From a virus: 64,000 nucleotides of DNA. The DNA lies in IMG/VR virus record IMGVR_UViG_3300042288_001089, positions 4,072 to 68,071 of that record. One strand, 5' to 3'. The notes beneath the pieces were generated by a model. The model did not search any database and was not told the origin of the DNA. It saw only the letters and a program-made list of their open reading frames with translations. This document shows positions 20,531 to 27,889 of the stretch, piece by piece; the first letter of the stretch is position 1; the number at the start of each line of letters is the position of its first letter. Both the position numbers and the translations under genes were made by a program.

Positions 20531-20730
20531 CACCATACGATAAAGCAAAAGAACTATTCTCAAAGGTATACCCATATGTCAACGATTATTCAGATCCAGA
20601 AACTGCTGCAAAAGAGTTGGCCCTAATTGTATGCGATGAGGTTCTAGGTCAGCTTGTAAGCAGTACAACAGACTACGGTGCTTCGATACTTGCTTGGGAG
20701 CAGGTAAAAAAAGAGGTAAAAAATATCTGA
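20527..20730 (+). CDS. Small protein, MTPxxKAxEL family
   Basis: Shares N- and C-termini with the ORFs at 38884 and 39123. Confidence 0.6.
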   Translation: MTPYDKAKELFSKVYPYVNDYSDPETAAKELALIVCDEVLGQLVSSTTDYGASILAWEQVKKEVKNI

Positions 20731-20733
20731 CAT

Positions 20734-20967
20734 ATGAACAGACTGGTAAGACATGACGGGCTGGTAAGGCAATACAAAAGCTTCATATGGATAAAGTGGA
20801 AAGAGGACAGGAGCTTCAGGTCTAAGCACAAGAAGATCGCCATAGGAAGGTCATTAATGTTTGGCGACTGGCTAACCACCACGGTAACGGAGATCCTAGA
20901 GGAGTCTCCAGAGTACATAAAGTTCAAGACAAAGAACAGCACATACGAACTATTCATAAACAAATAA
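20734..20967 (+). CDS. Hypothetical protein
   Basis: 77 aa; TTTVTEI...KFKTKNSTYEL phage motif. Confidence 0.6.
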   Translation: MNRLVRHDGLVRQYKSFIWIKWKEDRSFRSKHKKIAIGRSLMFGDWLTTTVTEILEESPEYIKFKTKNSTYELFINK

Positions 20968-20968
20968 C

Positions 20969-21223
20969 ATGAAAAAGACACTTTTAGCATTATTCACATT
21001 CACCCTTTCCGGATGCTTAAATAACCCACAGTCTACAGATTATGTTGGAGCGAACAATAAAATTAGGGTTGATTTTCTTTTTGAAAAAGACGGAGTAAGG
21101 GTTTATAGGTTTAATGACGATGGTTACTACCATTATTTTACCACAAACGGAGAGACCATTTCAAGGGTAAGTAAATACCGGGAAGAAAACATAAAACCCC
21201 AACCAGATGAAAACATCAAATAA
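20969..21223 (+). CDS. Putative lipoprotein
   Basis: Signal peptide ending in LSGC lipobox. Confidence 0.6.
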   Translation: MKKTLLALFTFTLSGCLNNPQSTDYVGANNKIRVDFLFEKDGVRVYRFNDDGYYHYFTTNGETISRVSKYREENIKPQPDENIK

Positions 21224-21488
21224 CCATATCGGTGACTCCAACAAAATGGTAACAGCAGTAGACTGGCTTCTGGGCGAAATCAAGAAGCTTGCATTCGACC
21301 CGGCCCATCACCTAGGATTGGGGGATGTGAGGATCACTCAGGGGATGATTGAGGATTGGGAGGAAATAGCCAAACCTATGAATAGAAAACAGATAATTGA
21401 GGCATATGTAGAGGGGTGGGATTGCAATGAACGGGGCGAAGTTAGGTGGATTGGAGATAAATACTACGATCAGACATATGGAAAATAA
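21207..21488 (+). CDS. Small protein, TAVxW family
   Basis: VTAVDWL...QIIEAY...YYDQTYG. Confidence 0.55.
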   Translation: MKTSNNHIGDSNKMVTAVDWLLGEIKKLAFDPAHHLGLGDVRITQGMIEDWEEIAKPMNRKQIIEAYVEGWDCNERGEVRWIGDKYYDQTYGK

Positions 21489-21717
21489 ACAACAGACCGC
21501 AGTATGGTGGTTGGCAGAACAGCTGTTCAAAGACACAGCCCCTACGCTAAGGCAAAGGGCTCTAATTGAAGAGGCCAGAGCAATGCATAAGGAGCAAATA
21601 GAAAACGCTTGGGATAGGGGACAGTATATCGGCGAAAATTTTCCGCAAAGAATTATTGAGCCAGAGTACGAAAACAATTCAGAGGAATACTACAACCAAA
21701 CATATGAAGTCAAATAG
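21478..21717 (+). CDS. Small protein, QQTAV family
   Basis: MENKQQTAVWWL...EQIENAW...EEYYNQTY. Confidence 0.6.
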   Translation: MENKQQTAVWWLAEQLFKDTAPTLRQRALIEEARAMHKEQIENAWDRGQYIGENFPQRIIEPEYENNSEEYYNQTYEVK

Positions 21718-21913
21718 AGAGATACACGAAAGCATAAAGTCCCTAGAGAAGGAACTGGTCGGTGCTAAACGCTGGGTAACGGAGGTTATAAAAAAATACC
21801 GGGCGGATCGGGAGCGGTTCGGGGATGCCGACACTGGTGAGCTAGACGCAGCCACAGACCTAGTAACAGAAATAACAGTCAGGATTAATACCCTGCTCTG
21901 GGTGCTCGAATAA
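21704..21913 (+). CDS. Hypothetical protein
   Basis: Helical 69-aa ORF ending the operon. Confidence 0.5.
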   Translation: MKSNREIHESIKSLEKELVGAKRWVTEVIKKYRADRERFGDADTGELDAATDLVTEITVRINTLLWVLE

Positions 21914-22377
21914 AGCCCATTACGGGCACCGGTCTAAGAACCATACTACGACATTCCCAGACAAAGATCTGCCAGCCACGGGCTTCTAATGAGCTCACAG
22001 AAAGTCGGGGATTACAATCTGGTAGCAAGAGGGGTGGGAAGGAGAGGTAAATGGGGGGGATGTGAGGGTGAGAAGAGGGGGTGTGAGGACGAGAAGGTGG
22101 GGTGAGTGTATATGTATGTGTATGCGTACACGCGCGCGGAGGCGCGGTTCATTAACCGGGTGGGGGTCGAAAATGGGCATCCCGAATCGATTCTGAAGCC
22201 ACCACATAACGGGTCATTATGTGGGGATGAAACTAACAAATTGAAACTGAATGTAATGCATATGGGCAAACCAATTTCGACAGGCAGAAGAAGGGTAAAC
22301 GGGAAAGGGAAATCGGGAATGAAACTGATCCTGATGGGGAGAAATGAAACCCGATCCTGCCCTGCTTATCCGTTCTA

Positions 22378-22767
22378 TTGTGTACGTTTGACGCAAAGCA
22401 ATTACCCCCCCTCCCTCCTCCTCCTTCATCCCCACCTGCCGTGAAACTTAACAAGTACATCTTCCTGCTACCTGCTGCCGTCGATGTGGTATGCAAGCGG
22501 ATGGGGATCTCTCCCCTGTCTCCCTCGGACCTGTTCGTCCTGTACAGCGTTCAATATCTTCCTGCCCCTCCCAGTCAACTGGCGATCCTCCGACATGCCT
22601 CTGAGATGTTTCATCCCATTGCTCCAAGGACCGTGAACGAATGTTGCAGGAGGCTTGTCTCTTCCTCCCTGCTGTGTATCATAGAAGGGCGATATCATCT
22701 CTCTCCTGACGGGCGCATCTTTATCTCTTCTATTCGTCGTTACCTACTGAATAAGCGGCTGTCATAG
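22378..22767 (+). CDS. Putative winged-helix (MarR-like) DNA-binding protein; start uncertain
   Basis: LSPSDLFVL...PRTVNECCRRLV...L..EGRYHLSPDGR pattern. Confidence 0.55.
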   Translation: MCTFDAKQLPPLPPPPSSPPAVKLNKYIFLLPAAVDVVCKRMGISPLSPSDLFVLYSVQYLPAPPSQLAILRHASEMFHPIAPRTVNECCRRLVSSSLLCIIEGRYHLSPDGRIFISSIRRYLLNKRLS

Positions 22768-22826
22768 TTTCCCCCCGAACTGCTCCCCATAGCCTCCACA
22801 CACTATAACCCCCATTTATAGCCATT

Positions 22827-22866
22827 TGCTAACATATTTAGTACGCCAATGCTAAGAATCTTAGTA
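22827..22866. promoter_or_regulatory. Pair of 17-bp quasi-palindromic sites (putative operators)
   Basis: TGCTAACATATTTAGTA (22827) and TGCTAAGAATCTTAGTA (22850). Confidence 0.5.
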
Positions 22867-22991
22867 GCATTCAACCCATCAACAGGTCACATCTTCCATG
22901 CCCTGTGAATTATTTTAAACTTTTTTTGTCCCATGAAACCCTTGTCAGTACTGCATTTCATTAAAATCTGCAACGCTGTTGCAAAAATAAA

Positions 22992-23024
22992 TTTGGATGC
23001 TGTGGAAAAGTCGTCGTATGTTTG
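22992..23024 (+). promoter_or_regulatory. Bacteroidota primary-sigma promoter (early operon)
   Basis: TTTG - 21 nt - TATGTTTG, the full -33/-7 consensus. Confidence 0.8.
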
Positions 23025-23069
23025 TGTGGCAATCGGGTGATACCAACCAAGTCCCTCACCTTGCAATCA

Positions 23070-23081
23070 GTTCTTTCACAT
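23070..23081 (+). promoter_or_regulatory. boxA-like antitermination element
   Basis: GTTCTTTCACAT directly after the first leader hairpin; resembles rrn boxA. Confidence 0.5.
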
Positions 23082-23375
23082 CGTCCCCTGCCCTGTAAGG
23101 CAGCCCGACAAACGGAGCAAAAGCACTCAGCCCGCCCAAAGGCAGGTATGAATAGCGGCATTCCAACCAAGACCCTGCCGCTATCCCCAACACGGCTCTG
23201 ACATAGTCAACCCCACAAGGATGCGAACACGATGTAATATCGTCCCCAACGCATGACCAATTCCTTAGCACTGAGACAGCAAGTAGCGGCCACCATGCAC
23301 CAAGCCACCCGATGAGGTCGATTTATCACCCATCGGTCGGGGGTTCCCCCCCTGAACAGGCCTGCATGGTGGTGA

Positions 23376-23440
23376 CATGGTGTAATGCTACCACGCCGAA
23401 AGGGTGGCGGTCACAAGTCCGCATAAAAGCAGAGTGAATG
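23376..23440 (+). ncRNA. Twister ribozyme (P1 type with P3 stem)
   Basis: U^AA; P2 TGCT/AGCA; P3 CACGCC-GAAA-GGGTG; P4 GCGG/CCGC with loop TCACAAGT; ATAAA linker; GA-GT; both pseudoknots AC:GT; P1 is weak. Confidence 0.82.
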
Positions 23441-23460
23441 AAGTATAAAAACCTATCACC

Positions 23461-23664
23461 ATGACAAACAATTTTGAAGGTACATTCGCATTTGAAACAT
23501 GGCACAATGGCGGACTACAAATGTCTGCCTTTTACGAAGGTATTCATGCCATCAATTTCATCTACATGCATGAGCAAAGCCGCACATTCGCTGACCTGCA
23601 TGTGTACCATAACAAAATCGAGGCTTTAACTGCTTATGAGCAGTTGCAGAGCGAGGTTAACTGA
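23461..23664 (+). CDS. Early hypothetical protein
   Basis: 67 aa between twister and hammerhead. Confidence 0.6.
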   Translation: MTNNFEGTFAFETWHNGGLQMSAFYEGIHAINFIYMHEQSRTFADLHVYHNKIEALTAYEQLQSEVN

Positions 23665-23704
23665 CGAGGACTGATTGCCCGAAACCCCTTCGGGGGTCTT
23701 AACC
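23655..23704 (+). ncRNA. Hammerhead ribozyme, type I
   Basis: Stem I GGTTAA/TTAACC; core CTGACGA; stem II with one mismatch; GAAA; stem III CCCC-TTCG-GGGG; GTC cleavage triplet ending at 23698. Confidence 0.9.
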
Positions 23705-23717
23705 AAATTTTATCGCC

Positions 23718-24029
23718 ATGATGACTATCAACATTGGCCTGAACAATAACCCGTTCAAGTACGAAGAACTCAGTGAGGCTATTGGTTATTCCTTCGGAGG
23801 CCGCTGTCAGTTTAGGTTAGGGCAGTGGGGAGAGACACCCGAGCCGACACTTGTCGCTCTCCTGCCCCGGCCGCTGACCATCGACGAATTAACGCTTCTG
23901 CTCTGCCTGACAAAACAGGAGTGCATCGCTGTTTGGGAAGATGGGGAGGGATATTTGGATTGGCATCCGAATTTTCCTGAGACCTGTCAATTCGATGAGC
24001 GGTTTTTCATACATCACACGGCTGAATGA
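23718..24029 (+). CDS. Early hypothetical protein
   Basis: 103 aa; TINIGL...EPTLV...QECIAVW, reminiscent of phage SAM-lyase-like small proteins (unverified). Confidence 0.55.
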   Translation: MMTINIGLNNNPFKYEELSEAIGYSFGGRCQFRLGQWGETPEPTLVALLPRPLTIDELTLLLCLTKQECIAVWEDGEGYLDWHPNFPETCQFDERFFIHHTAE

Positions 24030-24036
24030 CCCTCCC

Positions 24037-24074
24037 CCACCCGCCGCCGAGCGTGGCCTTTGATGGCAAGGTGG
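24037..24074 (+). ncRNA. T-loop three-way-junction element, copy 1
   Basis: CCACC/GGTGG enclosing CGC-CGA-GCG, TG, GCC-TTTGAT-GGC. Confidence 0.5.
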
Positions 24075-24091
24075 AACTAAATTTTATCACC

Positions 24092-24358
24092 ATGAAACGT
24101 ATCAGCAAACAGGCCAAGGCCATCGCAGATGCCCACATTGAAGCCCGCAAGTCAGGAAACTTTAACGATCCAGTCTGCACCACCAAAGAGGAAGTCATCG
24201 CTGCCCTTCGAGACGGCAAAACGATCGAGGCAGTACTTGATCAAATAGAGATCAAGTTCACCTCCATCCATGCCATCATCCTGTCAAGGGTTCTCTTTCA
24301 TCAGAGCAAAAACTACAGGGCGGGAGTTTACAAAGGTTTCCGCCTCCTGCTCGACTGA
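24092..24358 (+). CDS. Early hypothetical protein
   Basis: ATG in TATCACCATG context. Confidence 0.6.
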   Translation: MKRISKQAKAIADAHIEARKSGNFNDPVCTTKEEVIAALRDGKTIEAVLDQIEIKFTSIHAIILSRVLFHQSKNYRAGVYKGFRLLLD

Positions 24359-24364
24359 TCTTTC

Positions 24365-24403
24365 ACCTGTCGCTTTAGGCGTGGCATTCGATTGCGAACA
24401 GGT
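24365..24403 (+). ncRNA. T-loop three-way-junction element, copy 2
   Basis: ACCTGT/ACAGGT enclosing CGC-TTTAG-GCG, TG, GCA-TTCGAT-TGC. Confidence 0.55.
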
Positions 24404-24418
24404 CCTAAATTTAACACT

Positions 24419-24589
24419 ATGAATCAAGACAGGAAAAATCTCATCATCGTTCTCGCCCTGCTCATTGCAGGACTTATATTTGCAGGACATGCAGACATGG
24501 AGCAATACCCGCAGCATGCCTGCTACGACTCCACGCACAAGACCTGTGACGGAAAGTGTAAATGCGATGGATTTGAATGTACGAAGTGA
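24419..24589 (+). CDS. Small membrane protein with Cys-rich tail
   Basis: N-terminal hydrophobic helix; CDGKCKCDGFEC. Confidence 0.6.
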   Translation: MNQDRKNLIIVLALLIAGLIFAGHADMEQYPQHACYDSTHKTCDGKCKCDGFECTK

Positions 24590-24622
24590 TGGTCGCAGGG
24601 TGGTTCGACTCCACCCGCTTCG
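24582..24622 (+). ncRNA. Mini-tRNA element 1
   Basis: CGAAGT-GATGGTCGCA-GGGTGG-TTCGACT-CCACCC-GCTTCG. Confidence 0.75.
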
Positions 24623-24658
24623 CTAAACTGCGCTCGGCAGTACCCGAGCATTTACACC

Positions 24659-25099
24659 ATGAAGTACGCAATAATTAAGCACGGGACAGCAGAATTTGAT
24701 GTTGTCACCGAAGATGGCGGGGTTGCATCCATCTACCTAAATGGGTATGGATACACTACAATGTATTTTCAGTCAAGAATCGAAAACGGGAACTTTGATG
24801 AAGTAACGGAAGGAAAGGCATACTGCAAGGATTGGTCGGGAAATGAAGAAGACGATGTCATGATTGCTGATGCCTTGAAATGGCTCGACCCGTTCGAGGA
24901 CAAATGGGAGCATGATGACAGCATTTGGCCTCAGATGAATTGGACTGCCCACATCAAGTGGCATGGCGAGAATTACGGCCTCGCCATAATCGACAAAGGC
25001 AATTCGGTCAGGCAGACACCTGTTGTCAAGATAGGGGGCAATATCCTTTTTGACAATACCCTTACTGAACGAGAAAGGCAAATTCTCTTATCCCTGTGA
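24659..25099 (+). CDS. Early hypothetical protein
   Basis: 146 aa. Confidence 0.65.
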   Translation: MKYAIIKHGTAEFDVVTEDGGVASIYLNGYGYTTMYFQSRIENGNFDEVTEGKAYCKDWSGNEEDDVMIADALKWLDPFEDKWEHDDSIWPQMNWTAHIKWHGENYGLAIIDKGNSVRQTPVVKIGGNILFDNTLTERERQILLSL

Positions 25100-25140
25100 G
25101 AGCGATGGTCGCAGGACGGGTTCGACTCCCGTCCGCTCTC
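25098..25140 (+). ncRNA. Mini-tRNA element 2
   Basis: GAGAGC-GATGGTCGCA-GGACGGG-TTCGACT-CCCGTCC-GCTCTC. Confidence 0.78.
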
Positions 25141-25160
25141 CTAATCAAAAACAAATCACC

Positions 25161-25646
25161 ATGAGCAACTTTAATTTTGAAATAATAAAAGAAACCGAAA
25201 AGGCAATTTTTGCAAAAGTTCCTTATTTTGAAAAAACATCTGATAACGTTAAAAAACACAAGCAATTATTTTATGAATGTTGGATACCTAAAGCAGTTAT
25301 TGATAAAGGAATTGCAAAAGAATTTGTTATCGGAAAAAGAAATGAAATAAGATTATCCAACAAATATCAAAGATTGTGCGAAATGCCGGATTGTTGGAAA
25401 ACACTTGGAGAATATGCACCTGTAAAAACAGCACAAAAAGTTCAGGTTATTGATTATGATAAGTTGTCAGAATTGATTAAGTTTTATGAAAATAAATATG
25501 GTGCAAACTTGCGGAGATTGGTCATAGATGGCGAAGGATCTAATGGATATGTAAGTGATGAAGATGAAAAAATAATAAATCAATTAGAATTTCCTGCATT
25601 AACTAAGGCGCATATCCCCAAAAAACATATAACTATTTATTTGTAA
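25161..25646 (+). CDS. Early hypothetical protein (AT-rich)
   Basis: IIKETEKAI...WIPK phage motif; ATG after AAAACAAATCACC. Confidence 0.65.
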   Translation: MSNFNFEIIKETEKAIFAKVPYFEKTSDNVKKHKQLFYECWIPKAVIDKGIAKEFVIGKRNEIRLSNKYQRLCEMPDCWKTLGEYAPVKTAQKVQVIDYDKLSELIKFYENKYGANLRRLVIDGEGSNGYVSDEDEKIINQLEFPALTKAHIPKKHITIYL

Positions 25647-25681
25647 GGGCAAAGAAACAGCCTGTTTTTTAATCCTCCCCC

Positions 25682-25723
25682 GAACTGTGATGGTCTAATG
25701 TGGGTTCGACTCCCACGCAGTTC
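25682..25723 (+). ncRNA. Mini-tRNA element 3
   Basis: GAACTGT-GATGGTCTAAT-GTGGG-TTCGACT-CCCAC-GCAGTTC. Confidence 0.78.
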
Positions 25724-25742
25724 CTCATCAAAACAAATCAAA

Positions 25743-25970
25743 ATGAGCAACACGCACTATGTACTTATCAACGATGACAACGAGGTGGTCGCTGTCATAA
25801 AAAAGCAAAACTTCAAAGGTAGACTTGTGACAGCCATCGAAGATGAAACAGAGCAGGATGTATTGGGGTTGCAATTGGATCAGATTGAATACAATAGTTA
25901 CATGATTAAAGCAAGGATTTCGGGCGGTCAGACATACACCGCCACGCTTAGACAAACTTGGGAATATTAA
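25743..25970 (+). CDS. Early hypothetical protein
   Basis: 75 aa from the ATG after element 3. Confidence 0.6.
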   Translation: MSNTHYVLINDDNEVVAVIKKQNFKGRLVTAIEDETEQDVLGLQLDQIEYNSYMIKARISGGQTYTATLRQTWEY

Positions 25971-25981
25971 AACAAATCACC

Positions 25982-26266
25982 ATGGTAGAATCAAATTACA
26001 TCCATGCCGACAGAGTCCTGTCAAGCATCTACGCTGATGCTGTTGGCAAGTTTATGTCCAAGGCAGAGAATCAACTATGCTTCGATGAAATTTGCGAATA
26101 TGTTCATCGTAAACTACAGCATAGAAAACAAGATGGGTATACTCACTCTTTAGCCATCGTCAAAGAAGTTTGTAAAAAGGTAGGAGAAAACTTTGACGGG
26201 TGCGTGGAGTACTATGCGCCAAATGCTAAATGCTATCGAGATATTTATTTTGCAATCTATAATTGA
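25982..26266 (+). CDS. Early hypothetical protein
   Basis: ATG after AAAACAAATCACC. Confidence 0.6.
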   Translation: MVESNYIHADRVLSSIYADAVGKFMSKAENQLCFDEICEYVHRKLQHRKQDGYTHSLAIVKEVCKKVGENFDGCVEYYAPNAKCYRDIYFAIYN

Positions 26267-26273
26267 ACATCCT

Positions 26274-26360
26274 ATGCAGATTTATATTTTTTTGTGTGCG
26301 GGGATGATAATTGTAGTCATACTTATGATACTCGGAATCATTTATGACGACAGGCAATAA
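26274..26360 (+). CDS. Small membrane peptide (28 aa)
   Basis: Read manually: MQIYIFLCAGMIIVVILMILGIIYDDRQ. Confidence 0.4.
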   Translation: MQIYIFLCAGMIIVVILMILGIIYDDRQ

Positions 26361-26367
26361 TACCCCC

Positions 26368-26411
26368 GAACTGCTATGGTACTCGATCGGGTTCGATTCC
26401 CGATGCAGTTC
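26368..26411 (+). ncRNA. Mini-tRNA element 4
   Basis: GAACTGC-TATGGTACTCG-ATCGGG-TTCGATT-CCCGAT-GCAGTTC. Confidence 0.78.
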
Positions 26412-26430
26412 CTCATCAAAACAACAAACC

Positions 26431-26532
26431 ATGACAGCGACAATTTTCTTCTCAGTGGTGGCGGGAATAGTCTTCTCAGCCTACCTCCTCAGCAAAGGCC
26501 TCTCCACCCCCGAACAAATTAAAAAGTGGTGA
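26431..26532 (+). CDS. Small membrane peptide
   Basis: 33 aa, single hydrophobic helix. Confidence 0.45.
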   Translation: MTATIFFSVVAGIVFSAYLLSKGLSTPEQIKKW

Positions 26533-26678
26533 CATGTGGAAGGACGTCAAACAAATCAGCCTGAGCCACCCAAACGAGGTGGTTCGGGCATACGCCAAAC
26601 ACCTCCTCGCTAAAATGAACAGCGGCAAAAGGAGAGAAGCAAGAAAGGAAATTTTATTCTTCATCAAAAACCATAAAC

Positions 26679-27011
26679 ATGAATGTACATCAATTTCTTA
26701 AGCAAATTGAACAGGACGGGAAAGCAGTTTACTCCATTTCTGAAGGGGTCTTGAATCCCGAAGATGGGTTTATATTCTGCATACCCGACACGTTCGAGAA
26801 ATTCGACGGGTCATATGATTCCCTGCAGAATTACGTTATGAAGCACATCAAGGAACTCGCATCGCCTCAGAGGTACATCCTCGCCTCGAGGATAAACATC
26901 GAGGTGGGAATCAAGATGTCAGAGTCTTCAGCAAGGGAACTCGCATCCATCAACGGAGGAGATTGGGTATACAACTGTCAAGACAAAAAGTATGAACTCA
27001 CTAAAAGTTAA
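26679..27011 (+). CDS. Hypothetical protein
   Basis: 110 aa. Confidence 0.6.
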   Translation: MNVHQFLKQIEQDGKAVYSISEGVLNPEDGFIFCIPDTFEKFDGSYDSLQNYVMKHIKELASPQRYILASRINIEVGIKMSESSARELASINGGDWVYNCQDKKYELTKS

Positions 27012-27015
27012 AACT

Positions 27016-27255
27016 ATGCAAACGTTTATCACGGCCATCGTATTGGTTGTTGTGTCCTTTATCTTTGTCCTTGACAGGTACAAAAAGAACTGGGCATACA
27101 ACCAAATCGAGGAAGACTATCAGAAAACAAAATCCGCCATCAATAAAGTGGACGAGCAGACTGCCACCCGCCTTAAAGATTATTTTTTCGAGAGGTGGAC
27201 AGGTAGAATAAACAGGTGGGTTCTCCTCCAATATATGGCGAATCTTAATAGTTGA
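27016..27255 (+). CDS. Hypothetical membrane-anchored protein
   Basis: N-terminal hydrophobic helix. Confidence 0.55.
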   Translation: MQTFITAIVLVVVSFIFVLDRYKKNWAYNQIEEDYQKTKSAINKVDEQTATRLKDYFFERWTGRINRWVLLQYMANLNS

Positions 27256-27265
27256 CATGGTGATA

Positions 27266-27302
27266 CCCCCCGAACCATTCTTGGTATAGGGGGCTTTTTA
27301 TT
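27266..27302 (+). terminator. Putative intrinsic terminator
   Basis: CCCCC...GGGGG stem followed by CTTTTTATT. Confidence 0.45.
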
Positions 27303-27393
27303 AAAACAAATCAGATGGAAAATATAACATTCAATCAATGGATGGCGCATATCTACAGAGAGTTGGGCCATCCCGAAGAAAAGATAAAAAAAT

Positions 27394-27672
27394 ATGAGCA
27401 AGGTTGCGAAAGTGAAGAAACTATTCATGGATATCGACCAGTCTCTTCGGGGGTTGGACACTATGCCCGCCACGAAGAGAGCCAAGACACTGCACATTCT
27501 GTTGTTGATTAACGAAGAGTTGTGCGATAAAGTAATAGAATTAATTGAAAACAATGAAACACTTCAACGAAATCAGAGAGCATATCCTTCAGACGTACAA
27601 GATAGACATCACGAACAAAACGCGGAGGCAGCCGACGACTTACCTTCGAGGAGCGACAGCGTATATTCTTAG
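27394..27672 (+). CDS. Hypothetical protein
   Basis: 92 aa; overlaps the next ORF. Confidence 0.4.
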   Translation: MSKVAKVKKLFMDIDQSLRGLDTMPATKRAKTLHILLLINEELCDKVIELIENNETLQRNQRAYPSDVQDRHHEQNAEAADDLPSRSDSVYS

Positions 27673-27889
27673 TTCCGTCTACCGATACCCCGATGGACTT
27701 GTTGCAGGGTGGCTCGGGATAGACAGGACATCTGCCCTGTACCATAGGCAGAGCCATGGGAACAAATACCTGTACGACTCATGGTACGCAGACCTGTACG
27801 ATGAGTTATTTAAATTCGTAATTGAAAAAAAGGACGGACATGCAGAAAGCATTAAGAACAGGGTCAGAGAGGTTTTCGAAGGCATATAA
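27554..27889 (+). CDS. DnaA C-terminal (domain IV)-like HTH protein
   Basis: I.NKTRRQPTTYLR...AYIL...VAGWLGIDRTSALY resembles the DnaA DNA-binding domain. Confidence 0.65.
   Translation: MKHFNEIREHILQTYKIDITNKTRRQPTTYLRGATAYILSSVYRYPDGLVAGWLGIDRTSALYHRQSHGNKYLYDSWYADLYDELFKFVIEKKDGHAESIKNRVREVFEGI

Noticed and set aside
21995-22496. ORFs across the G-rich tract
   Set aside because: Low-complexity translations with no A-rich start context; treated as non-coding.
24010-24080. HDV-like/theta ribozyme
   Set aside because: CCTCC and CTAA are present but the nested P1/P2/P3 pseudoknot could not be built.
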